Of a DNA stretch of 63,207 nt, positions 26,920-36,400 are shown in pieces. The stretch's first letter is position 1, and every line of letters begins with the position of its first letter. Where the stretch lies: the IMG/VR virus record IMGVR_UViG_3300035670_000203, positions 1-63,207 of that record. One strand, given 5' to 3'. The DNA is from a virus (Duplodnaviria; Caudoviricetes). The position numbers were made by a program, and so were the translations under genes. The notes beneath the pieces were generated by a model that saw only the letters and a program-made list of their open reading frames with translations, had not been told where the DNA came from and ran no database searches.

Positions 26920-29900
26920 AGAGTGGGAGGTCTGGTGAGATTCCTGATTGTATTGCTGCCGCATGTATTCTTCCAAAAAATACCTGTTTCCAGTTATTGC
27001 CCCCTGCAAAGGTAGTTACTGGACTATAAAACCTATTAGAATAATTTTGTTCAAAATTATTTCCAACTTGCCCAAAAGAATTATATCCCCAAGTCCACAA
27101 TGTTCCGTCAGTTTTAACTGCTATTGTATTACCATAACCAGCACCTACTTGCTTCCAATTAGTAGCATTTCCATCGACTTCTTTAGGAGACCAATTTTGA
27201 GGTGTTCCAAGTGCAAGGTCAGTATCATCTTCATTTTGTCCAAAAACATATAATTCATTATTAATTCCATCTCCTCTCAATGCAAAAGAACTTGAATTGT
27301 TAGTAAATACCTGCCTCCAATTAGTTCCTCCAGCAAATGTTGTAACTGGCGTACTTATATTTGGATTAGAAATTGATGCATATAAAGTTTTATTTCCAAG
27401 AAAACCATATCCATTATAACCCCAAGTCCATAATGTTCCATCAGTTTTAATAGATATTAAATTATTTGATTGTGAGCATACTTGCTTCCAATTAGTTCCT
27501 CCAGCAAAGGTGGTGACAGGAGTAGATACATTAGTTAATGATGCATTTCCAAGTTGTCCATAATTTCCACTACCCCAAGTCCATAAGGTTCCATCAGTTT
27601 TGATTGCTGCTGTAATAGAATCTCCAGCACTCACTTGTTTCCAATTAGTTCCTCCAGCAAAAGTAGTGACTGGAGTGGATTTATTGGTCGTATCTGCATT
27701 TCCAAGATGTCCAGAAGATCCAATACCCCAAACCCAAAGAGTTCCATCAGTTTTGATTGCTGCTGTGTGAACAGCTCCATTACTCACATGTTTCCAGTTG
27801 GTTCCTCCAGCAAATGTGGTGACTGGAGTGGATACAACACTATTAACTGTTACGCCATTTCCTAATTGTCCGTTTGTTGTTACTCCCCAAGTCCACAAGG
27901 TTCCATCAGTTTTGACTGCTACACCACAGTTAAATTGTGAACTAACTTGCTTCCAATTAGTTCCTCCAGCAAAAGTGGTTGTTGGAGTGAAAACTGCTTT
28001 TCTTCTACTTGTGAATCCATTTCCAATTTTTCCAGAATATTCATTTCCCCAAACAAAAAGTTCTTTATTGACTCCATTATCTTTTAGTGCCACAGTATGT
28101 TCTCGTCCTGAACTAACTTGTTTCCAATCAGTTCCTCCTGCAAATGTAGTAACTGGAGTAGAACTATTTGCAGTAAGCACGTTTCCAAGTTGCCCTAAAA
28201 GTCCATTACCCCAACCCCACAAAGTTCCATCAGTTTTAACAGCCATAGTATGAGCGTATCCACTACTTACTTGTTTCCAATCAGTTCCTCCAGCAAAAGT
28301 AGTAATTGGTGTAGATCTATTACCTACTATTAATGTATTTCCCAATCTTCCGTTGGATGTTGTTCCCCAAACCCAAAGAGTTCCATCAGTTTTGATTGCT
28401 GCTGTATGTCTGTTTCCGCTACTTACTTGTTTCCAATTAGTTCCTCCAGCAAATGTTGTAACTGGAGTAGATCTAGTACCTGTTATTAATGCATTTCCAA
28501 GTGACCCATAAGACATTCTTCCCCAAACCCAAAGAGTTCCATCAGTTTTGATTGCTGCTGTATGAAAACCTCCAGCACTTACCTGTTTCCAGTCGGTTCC
28601 TCCAGCAAATGTGGTAAGGGGAGTTGAAGTAACTGATAAATTATTTACAGCATTTCCAAGTTGTGAATTAGTGCCCAATCCCCAAGTCCATAAAGTTCCA
28701 TCAGTTTTGATTGCTGCAATATGAAACCTTCCGGAACTTGTTTGTTTCCAGTTGGTTCCTCCGGCAAATGTGGTGATTGGAGTAGATCTATCGGTTGTAT
28801 CTGCATTTCCAAGTAATCCAAAACGTCCATCTCCCCAAGTCCAAAGAGTACCATCAGTTTTGATTGCTGAATTGGTAGCAAAATTATCAAAAGTACTAGT
28901 TATTGAAACAGAAGATGATACTTGTTTCCAGTTAGTTCCTCCAGCGAATGTTGTAATTGGAGTAGAAATAGCACTTGTGGTAGTCAATCCATTTCCAAGT
29001 CTACCATTTTTTCCATTTCCCCAAACCCAAAGAGTTCCATCAGTTTTGATTGCTATAGTATGTTCATTGCTTGCACTTAAAGTGTAAAGATCTTCTGGTT
29101 CTGCAGTTAAAGTATCTGCCCAATTAGTTCCTCCAGCAAAGGTGGTGACTGGAGTAAATGGTATATTAGAAGTAAAAAATCCAAGTTGAGAATTGCTATT
29201 ATTTCCAAATGCCCATAAAGTTCCGTCAGTTTTTATTGCTAAAGTTGATGAAATAGAAGAATGCACTTGTTTCCAATTAGTTCCTCCGGCAAATGTTGTA
29301 ACTGGAGTATAAATTACAGTTGTAGGTGTAGAATTGGTTCCTAGTTTTTCTCCAAACCCCCAAGTCCATAAAGTTCCATCAGTTTTGATTGCTGATCCAC
29401 TAGATATTGTATAAAGATCTTCTGGTTCTGTAGTTAAAGTATCTGCCCAATTAGTTCCTCCAGCAAAGGTGGTGACTGGAGTATATCTTATTCTTAGTGG
29501 ACCATTCCCTAATTGACCATATACAGAATTTCCCCAAGACCACAAAGTACCATTGGTTTTAATTCCTAACATGTGATTTGCACCACATACAACTTGCTTC
29601 CAATCAGTTCCTCCTACAAATGTAGTAACTGGAGTAGATGTAGGTTCACCATTATTATTTCCAAGAGATCCATCTGGATTAAATCCATTAAATCCCCAAG
29701 TCCATAAAGTACCATCTGTTTTAACTGCAGCAGTGTTTCCTCTTCCAGCACTTACTTGTTTCCAATCAGTTCCTCCAGCAAAAGTAGTGATTGGCGTATA
29801 TGCATCTACATCAGTAGTTCCATTTCCAAGTTCTCCTGAAAATGCAGCTCCCCAAGTCCAAAGAGTTCCATCTGTTTTAATTGCAGCGACATGAAAAAAA

Positions 29901-30427
29901 CCACCTTCAACTTGTTTCCAATTGTTTCCTCCAGCAAAAGTAGTGACTGGTGTGGATCTATTTCCATTAACTGTATCATTAATTCCAATGTTAATATTAT
30001 CTCCCCAACACCACAAACTTCCATCAGTTTTGATTGCAAAGGTAGAAAATCCAGACAATGCTATTTGTCTCCAGTCATTCCCTCCAGCAAATGTAGTAAT
30101 TGGAGTTGATCTGACAGCCGGAGAAGATGTTATTCCATGTCCAAGTTGTCCATTAAATCCATAACCCCACATCCATAAGGTTCCATCAGTTTTAATACCT
30201 CCAGAATGACCATTCCCTAAAGAAATTTGTTTCCAGTTACTTCCTCCAGAAAAAGTGGTAACTGGAGTAATTACAGATGTTACTGCAGTATTATTACCAA
30301 TTTCTCCACCATATCCTTGATGTCCCCATAACCACAATTGATCTCCAATATACTGATCAATTAACCAGTATTCGGTTACAAAATAATTTTCTAAGTCTCC
30401 TTCTGGGGATAAAAACTGATTAGGCAT
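26915..30427 (-). CDS. RCC1-repeat protein A, 21 blades (3 x 7)
   Basis: 21 repeat units counted by hand; abuts the stop of the collagen fibre gene. Confidence 0.9.
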   Translation of the reverse strand: MPNQFLSPEGDLENYFVTEYWLIDQYIGDQLWLWGHQGYGGEIGNNTAVTSVITPVTTFSGGSNWKQISLGNGHSGGIKTDGTLWMWGYGFNGQLGHGITSSPAVRSTPITTFAGGNDWRQIALSGFSTFAIKTDGSLWCWGDNINIGINDTVNGNRSTPVTTFAGGNNWKQVEGGFFHVAAIKTDGTLWTWGAAFSGELGNGTTDVDAYTPITTFAGGTDWKQVSAGRGNTAAVKTDGTLWTWGFNGFNPDGSLGNNNGEPTSTPVTTFVGGTDWKQVVCGANHMLGIKTNGTLWSWGNSVYGQLGNGPLRIRYTPVTTFAGGTNWADTLTTEPEDLYTISSGSAIKTDGTLWTWGFGEKLGTNSTPTTVIYTPVTTFAGGTNWKQVHSSISSTLAIKTDGTLWAFGNNSNSQLGFFTSNIPFTPVTTFAGGTNWADTLTAEPEDLYTLSASNEHTIAIKTDGTLWVWGNGKNGRLGNGLTTTSAISTPITTFAGGTNWKQVSSSVSITSTFDNFATNSAIKTDGTLWTWGDGRFGLLGNADTTDRSTPITTFAGGTNWKQTSSGRFHIAAIKTDGTLWTWGLGTNSQLGNAVNNLSVTSTPLTTFAGGTDWKQVSAGGFHTAAIKTDGTLWVWGRMSYGSLGNALITGTRSTPVTTFAGGTNWKQVSSGNRHTAAIKTDGTLWVWGTTSNGRLGNTLIVGNRSTPITTFAGGTDWKQVSSGYAHTMAVKTDGTLWGWGNGLLGQLGNVLTANSSTPVTTFAGGTDWKQVSSGREHTVALKDNGVNKELFVWGNEYSGKIGNGFTSRRKAVFTPTTTFAGGTNWKQVSSQFNCGVAVKTDGTLWTWGVTTNGQLGNGVTVNSVVSTPVTTFAGGTNWKHVSNGAVHTAAIKTDGTLWVWGIGSSGHLGNADTTNKSTPVTTFAGGTNWKQVSAGDSITAAIKTDGTLWTWGSGNYGQLGNASLTNVSTPVTTFAGGTNWKQVCSQSNNLISIKTDGTLWTWGYNGYGFLGNKTLYASISNPNISTPVTTFAGGTNWRQVFTNNSSSFALRGDGINNELYVFGQNEDDTDLALGTPQNWSPKEVDGNATNWKQVGAGYGNTIAVKTDGTLWTWGYNSFGQVGNNFEQNYSNRFYSPVTTFAGGNNWKQVFFGRIHAAAIQSGISPDLPLS
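29085..29483. repeat. 72-bp direct repeat (29085-29156 and 29412-29483), 1 mismatch
   Basis: Encodes TPVTTFAGGTNWADTLT(A/T)EPEDL in blades 8 and 6. Confidence 0.9.
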
Positions 30428-33124
30428 TTACTTTCCTCCAGCAATTTCTTTGATTGCTTCAATTAATACAGCAATTAAGTTTCCGTAAGAAACTGTTTTT
30501 AATCCTTTATCATTTGTGGTAACAACTTCTGGAAGTATCTTTTCCATTTCTTGAGCAATGACACCAATAGATGACTGATTATGGCCGTCCTTCCAATCAT
30601 ATTTAACACCATTCATTTGCATTACAAGTTCAAGAGCATTTTCAATTGGTCTAATGTTAGTTTTCTGTGATTCATCAGATAGTGAATTGAATACAGTTGC
30701 AGATAAAGTTCCAGAGGAAGGATTATAAGTTAATTTATTTTCTGAAACTTTTAACTCAGAAAAGACCCCAGAAGTTACAGTAGAATATCCAACATAATAA
30801 GTTTCATTAGTTGATTCATCATTTACTACAGTTAAAGAAGCAGAACTCCCTTGAGTTCCTTGGATTCCTTGATTTGATAATCCCTGCAATCCCTGTAATC
30901 CTTGTCTTCCTTGAACACCTTGAGAACCCTGAACACCCTGATCTCCTTGTGCTCCAACTCCACCAAAGGTTCCTTGTGATCCTTGAATTCCTTGTCTTCC
31001 TTGAGTTCCTTGAACCCCTTGGTCTCCTTGTGCTCCAACTCCACCAAAAGTTCCTTGGGATCCTTGAATTCCTTGTCTTCCTTGAGAACCCTGAACACCC
31101 TGATCTCCTTGTGCTCCAACTCCACCAAAGGTTCCTTGTGATCCTTGAATTCCTTGTCTTCCTTGAGTTCCTTGGACTCCTTGATTACCTTGATTACCTT
31201 GCAATCCTTGAGTTCCCTGAGGACCACTTATATTTCCTATATTAATCCAATTACCACTTCCAACATATACCCAAAGGTCATTTAATGCATCATCAAGAAC
31301 AGCATTACCAAGTTCTGCAGATGGGAAAGCAGCATTTAAAGTAGTTTCTGGATCATTAGGAGGTGCTACATTTACATCAGGAACGGATCCAATAATAATA
31401 GTTGCTTGTCCATTAGCACCTTGAACCCCTTGAAGTCCCTGTCTTCCTTGATTTCCTTGAGTTCCTTGAATTCCTTGAACACCTTGATCCCCTTGTAAAC
31501 CAACGGCACCAAAAAGACCTTGAACACCTTGAACACCTTGAACACCTTGATTTCCTTGATTTCCTTGATTGCCTTGTAATCCTTGATTTCCTTGAACTCC
31601 TTGGTTTCCTTGATTGCCTTGAATTCCTTGGTTACTTAATCCTTGAACACCCTGATTTCCTTGAACTCCTTGGTTTCCTTGGGTTCCTTGTATACCTTGA
31701 TCCCCTTGTAAACCAACGGCACCAAAAAGACCTTGAACACCTTGAACACCTTGATTGCCTTGATTACCTTGAACTCCTTGATTACTTAAACCTTGAAGAC
31801 CTTGAACCCCTTGGTTTCCTTGATTACCCTGGTTTCCTTGAAGACCCTGATTACCTTGATTACCTTGAACACCTTGATTGCCTTGGTTTCCCTGGAGTCC
31901 TTGATTACCTTGGAGTCCTTGATTACCTTGAACACCTTGGTTTCCTTGATTGCCTTGAACACCTTGGTTGCTTAATCCCTGAAGACCTTGATTTCCTTGA
32001 ACCCCTTGAGATCCTTGATCTCCCTGAATACCTTGGGATCCTTGTAAACCAACTGCTCCAAAAGTTCCTTGGTTTCCTTGATTACCTTGCAAACCTTGGT
32101 TACCTTGATTACCTTGGACTCCTTGATTACTTAAACCTTGAAGTCCTTGATTGCCTTGATTCCCTTGAAGTCCCTGGTTTCCTTGGACACCTTGGTTTCC
32201 TTGATTGCCCTGTAAACCTTGGTTTCCTTGATTTCCTTGGACCCCTTGATTGCCTTGATTTCCTTGTAATCCTTGGGTTCCCTGAGGACCACTTATATTT
32301 CCAATGTTGGTCCAATTGCCACTTCCAAGATAAACCCAAAGATCATTTAATGCATCATCTAAGACTGCATTGCCAAGTTCTGCAGATGGGAAAGCAGTGT
32401 TTAAAGTAGTTTCTGGATCATTAGGAGGCGCTACATTTACATCAGGAACGGATCCAATAATAATAGTTGCTTGCCCAGTAGTTCCCTGAGTACCTTGAAC
32501 ACCAAAAGGACCTTGATTTCCTTGATTACCTTGAACACCTTGATTACTTAAACCTTGAAGACCTTGAACACCCTGAACACCTTGGTCTCCCTGAACACCT
32601 TGATTACCTTGAACACCTTGATTACTTAAACCTTGTAATCCTTGAACTCCTTGATCACCTTGTAATCCTTGAACACCCTGAACACCTTGGTCTCCCTGAA
32701 GACCTTGATTACCTTGTAATCCTTGGTTGCCTTGCAATCCTTGGTTGCCTTGAACACCCTGGTTTCCTTGATGTCCCTGAAGACCCTGATTACCTTGTAG
32801 ACCTTGATTACCTTGTAATCCTTGGACTCCCTGGTTACCTTGTAGACCCTGAATACCTTGCGTTACAACATCTCTAGATGGAACCCAGAATCTTTCTCCC
32901 TCATACCCATCAGCAGCAATTAGAACATAATGCTCTACTGGAACTTTAATAGGACTTTCTGGAGTTCCTGGTGTAAAAGGATTAGTTCCAACAGAAGAAA
33001 CACCAACATTAGGATCACCTAAATCAGGTTCTGCCTGTTCCAATCCAAGGAATTCATATCTATCAGATGTAATTCCTGATTGAGGTAATCTTTGTACTCT
33101 TCCTGTTGTATATTTCTTAGTCAT
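30428..33124 (-). CDS. collagen-like (Gly-X-Gln) tail fibre with C-terminal S74 intramolecular chaperone
   Basis: Three long QGN/QGL/QGV tracts, two duplicated globular knobs, C-terminal SD...K.NI..I.NAL...GVIAQE. Confidence 0.85.
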   Translation of the reverse strand: MTKKYTTGRVQRLPQSGITSDRYEFLGLEQAEPDLGDPNVGVSSVGTNPFTPGTPESPIKVPVEHYVLIAADGYEGERFWVPSRDVVTQGIQGLQGNQGVQGLQGNQGLQGNQGLQGHQGNQGVQGNQGLQGNQGLQGNQGLQGDQGVQGVQGLQGDQGVQGLQGLSNQGVQGNQGVQGDQGVQGVQGLQGLSNQGVQGNQGNQGPFGVQGTQGTTGQATIIIGSVPDVNVAPPNDPETTLNTAFPSAELGNAVLDDALNDLWVYLGSGNWTNIGNISGPQGTQGLQGNQGNQGVQGNQGNQGLQGNQGNQGVQGNQGLQGNQGNQGLQGLSNQGVQGNQGNQGLQGNQGNQGTFGAVGLQGSQGIQGDQGSQGVQGNQGLQGLSNQGVQGNQGNQGVQGNQGLQGNQGLQGNQGNQGVQGNQGNQGLQGNQGNQGNQGVQGLQGLSNQGVQGNQGNQGVQGVQGLFGAVGLQGDQGIQGTQGNQGVQGNQGVQGLSNQGIQGNQGNQGVQGNQGLQGNQGNQGNQGVQGVQGVQGLFGAVGLQGDQGVQGIQGTQGNQGRQGLQGVQGANGQATIIIGSVPDVNVAPPNDPETTLNAAFPSAELGNAVLDDALNDLWVYVGSGNWINIGNISGPQGTQGLQGNQGNQGVQGTQGRQGIQGSQGTFGGVGAQGDQGVQGSQGRQGIQGSQGTFGGVGAQGDQGVQGTQGRQGIQGSQGTFGGVGAQGDQGVQGSQGVQGRQGLQGLQGLSNQGIQGTQGSSASLTVVNDESTNETYYVGYSTVTSGVFSELKVSENKLTYNPSSGTLSATVFNSLSDESQKTNIRPIENALELVMQMNGVKYDWKDGHNQSSIGVIAQEMEKILPEVVTTNDKGLKTVSYGNLIAVLIEAIKEIAGGK
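30925..31170. repeat. 81-bp tandem repeat x3 in collagen tract
   Basis: tctccttgtgctccaactccaccaaa at 30942, 31023 and 31104. Confidence 0.85.
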
Positions 33125-33129
33125 TTACT

Positions 33130-33489
33130 TTACTGTTTTGCAGTTTCTAAAACGCTTAAAATTAATTCTAATGTATTATTTTCATCAGCTTGCATTTTTA
33201 TTACATCATTAGTTTCTAATGCCAATCTTCCATCAGGAATTAAGTTCAATCCATCATAAGGGGGGATGGAAATTTCATTTGCAAACTTAAAATCAGCACG
33301 AGGTTCAACTGATCTTGAATGAACTGCAGTAACTTTATATGTTCCCTCAGAACTTCCAGTTGAAACATTAGTAACTTGGGAAAGTATTACAATAGATGCA
33401 ACACCAATCGGACAAGTATAGATTCCTACCATTTCAGTAGTTAATCCTACTCTTATTGTTCTAAATTTATTTAATGCAATTTTTGCCAT
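33130..33489 (-). CDS. small virion structural protein
   Basis: IYTCPIGV.SIV...QVTN, G.L.LET.D.I, LS.LET; position among fibre genes. Confidence 0.6.
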   Translation of the reverse strand: MAKIALNKFRTIRVGLTTEMVGIYTCPIGVASIVILSQVTNVSTGSSEGTYKVTAVHSRSVEPRADFKFANEISIPPYDGLNLIPDGRLALETNDVIKMQADENNTLELILSVLETAKQ

Positions 33490-33490
33490 T

Positions 33491-36400
33491 TTACTTACTT
33501 ATTCCTAGAATTAATGGTGTTACTGTATTTAACAAACTTTGGCTAAATGCCCTACCACTAATAGTTCCAGTAATCTGGTTAATAACAATGTCATCTCCAA
33601 TTTTAAAGTTGCCTGCCTGATCAGTACTGGTATAAACAACTTCACCACCATTGAGTTTTACAACCTCATTTTCTGGAATTAGTACACCACCCAAAGCAGG
33701 TTTTGCGGTGTTGATGTTATTTCCAGTTCCAACCCATTCAAATGAGTGAGAAGAAGTGATTTGTAAACTTAAACGACTAAAGTAAACAGTTGTTCCTGCA
33801 CTTACTGTATTATTTAGATTCTGTTGAAGAACGATTGTAGAAATACCGGCAACAGGTAGTGTCGCACTTTCGATTGTATAATATGTTGGGTATATTGTAG
33901 TATGAGCAGTTGCTTGAACTGCATTTGGTCCAGGTGGTGGGGGAGCAATTGTAACTGAAGGTGCAGTTCTATACTGACTTCCTGTTGCAATTACATCAAT
34001 AGAAACAACTTTTCCATCAACAATATTTGGTGATGCTTCCGCACGAATTCCAAATGCATCTTCTGGAGGTGCTTCTATTGTTACAAGTGGAGGATTAAGT
34101 TCAGAATATCCACTACCAACATTATCCATTTCAATTGTCTGAACAATATAGAATAGTTCTCCAAAGTATAGTGCCTGACCATCATAAGGACGATAAGAAC
34201 CTATACCTGATACTATGACCGTATCTTGTTCGACAGGAGCATTTTGTTCTACTACACCAGTATATCTGTAGATTGATTTTGAAGTTCTATCACCAACACC
34301 ATCAGCAACAAGTCCAAGTCTTCCGAAAGAAGAGTTGGAGTTTGTAAGGTCGCATTGTCCACCAGATGCAGTAAAGATTGCAATGTCATTACAAATTGTG
34401 AAGATAGAAACTAACTGAGAATATGCACCATTAGTAATGGAAACACCAATTCCCCCCTGATTATACTGAGTATAAGAGTCAACACTCATAGAACCAGTAA
34501 CACCAATATCTACTTGGTCTCCAGGTTCTGCTTCAAATCCATCAACTTTCATTCCAATACTATTGGGAACAAAGTTAGTGCAGTTTCTCACATAAGGACC
34601 TTGTGTAATTGGTCCGACTCCTGGAGAATAAGGTGGTTTTACATAACCTCCTTGAACATATTCGTGAGGTATTGTTGAAGGTCCAACTCTAACCACAAAT
34701 GTTGTTCCTGCACCTATAACATCAGTAACTCTGAATTTATAACCTTCACTTCCAGTTGGATATATTGTAGTTGTTCCTGCACCACTTGTGCAACTAAATT
34801 CCAAATCTCTAATAGTGACTACATCATTAACTCTTACATAAGCACCAGGAGCAGTAATGGTGGTAATTCCAGTTGTATGATCATAAATTGCATCATCAAT
34901 AGCAACTGAACGATCTACAACATATCCTGTTCCAAAAACATATTCACGAACAATTGTTGATATTCCAGTATTAATAACAACTGAACCATCTTCATTTACT
35001 CTATCAATATAATAATTGTATCCGAATTGATCATTAGTATAAGATTCTATAAAGATTGAATCAGAAAAGAAAATATAAAAAAGATCTCTTACTTCAATTA
35101 AATCTCCTTTTTTAGCGTTTAATGGAGATGCTGTTGTAATAGTTATTTCTCCATTTTGTGGATTATAAGGAGCATCAATAATTTCTACTTTTCCTTCAAA
35201 TCCAACCCCACTATTTCCAGGATAAGAAGTTGTGATTCCAGATTCTGATCCAAGTCCAACGATTGTAGTAACAACTCCAACACAAGACCTTATTGCAGAA
35301 ATTACATTTGAACATCCGTTAATTGCATTATTAAATCCAGTTTCAAAATCTGGCTGCATTCCCAAATCTTTTACTTGATAAAATTCATTTTGGAAACTTG
35401 TGTATTTTTGAACAGTTCCTCCAGAAACATAATTGTGAGGTAGTGTTGATTGTCCTACAACGACTTCAAAGTTATCGTCATCTATTACATCTAAAACATT
35501 AAATACATATCCATAAGCACCAGTTGGATAAGTTAGTGTAAGAACTCCACCATCAGAAGGACAAGTAAATCCTAATCCAACAATTTTTACTGCATCATTT
35601 TGATTTAAATTATGATTTTCTGCGGTAATCGTTACAATACCTGTAACATTATCATACTCAGCAAATGTTACATCAGTAGCAACTCCTACAGGATAACCTC
35701 CCCAAGTGCAGTTATTAACTACTGAACGAGCAACATTAAAAGAATAATCTAATGTTGCAATTGTTTGCTCGACTTCTCCAGGATTTTTTAGAATTTCTGG
35801 AATTAAATTCCAATTTTCATCATAATAAGTTTCTCCTGCCATCACACAACGAGAATTTCCACCTCTTGTAATATCAAAACAAATTGCTCTCCAAATATCT
35901 TTTACATCATCTGCACAGTCTTGACTCTCAAGAGTAACTCCAAATTCAATTGCTGGTGCTTGTTCAGTCCCTAATCCAACAATACTTGTAACAATTCCAG
36001 AAAGAGTTTCAATTCTTACAATTGTATCTCCACATCCACCAGGAACTAGAATTGGAGAATAACTACTAGTATCTTGACTTAAAGAAGTATATTGATCTGG
36101 ATAAGACTCATTATTAATAACGTAAGTTACAATACCAACTGCGTGTTGAATCGCATCTACAGTTGCTTCACGAACACTATAACCATTTACATCAGTTCCT
36201 GTAATATGTTGTAGTGCTCCCGCATTATCATAATAAGATAATCCAGCACCGACAGATTTCTTATTACTTCCTGCTTTTAAGTCATAAGAAATTGAGCGAA
36301 GAATATCTTTAATATCATCCTCACAATCTTCAGGAACAGTGGGAACTACAAATGCAGGAGACTTGTAATCTGTAGAAGTAAGGAATCCAATTGTTTCTGA

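Noticed and set aside
19516-30164. Many plus-strand ORFs (e.g. 25368-25964, 27798-28253) with repeated VPSVLIAA/CFQLVPPA
   Set aside because: Antisense shadows of the RCC1 repeats; no independent start signals recognised.
19459-30427. CRISPR-like array (conserved 25-30 bp blocks separated by variable sequence)
   Set aside because: Blocks are in-frame codons of RCC1 repeats with wobble variation and about 160-bp period; no cas genes or leader.
19459-30427. Diversity-generating retroelement acting on RCC1 genes
   Set aside because: No reverse transcriptase ORF and no non-coding template copy in the window; differences include indels and are not adenine-restricted. An RT elsewhere in the genome cannot be excluded.
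30811-32339. Alternative-frame repetitive ORFs over the collagen gene
   Set aside because: Frame-shifted or antisense readings of the 9-bp GXQ periodicity.
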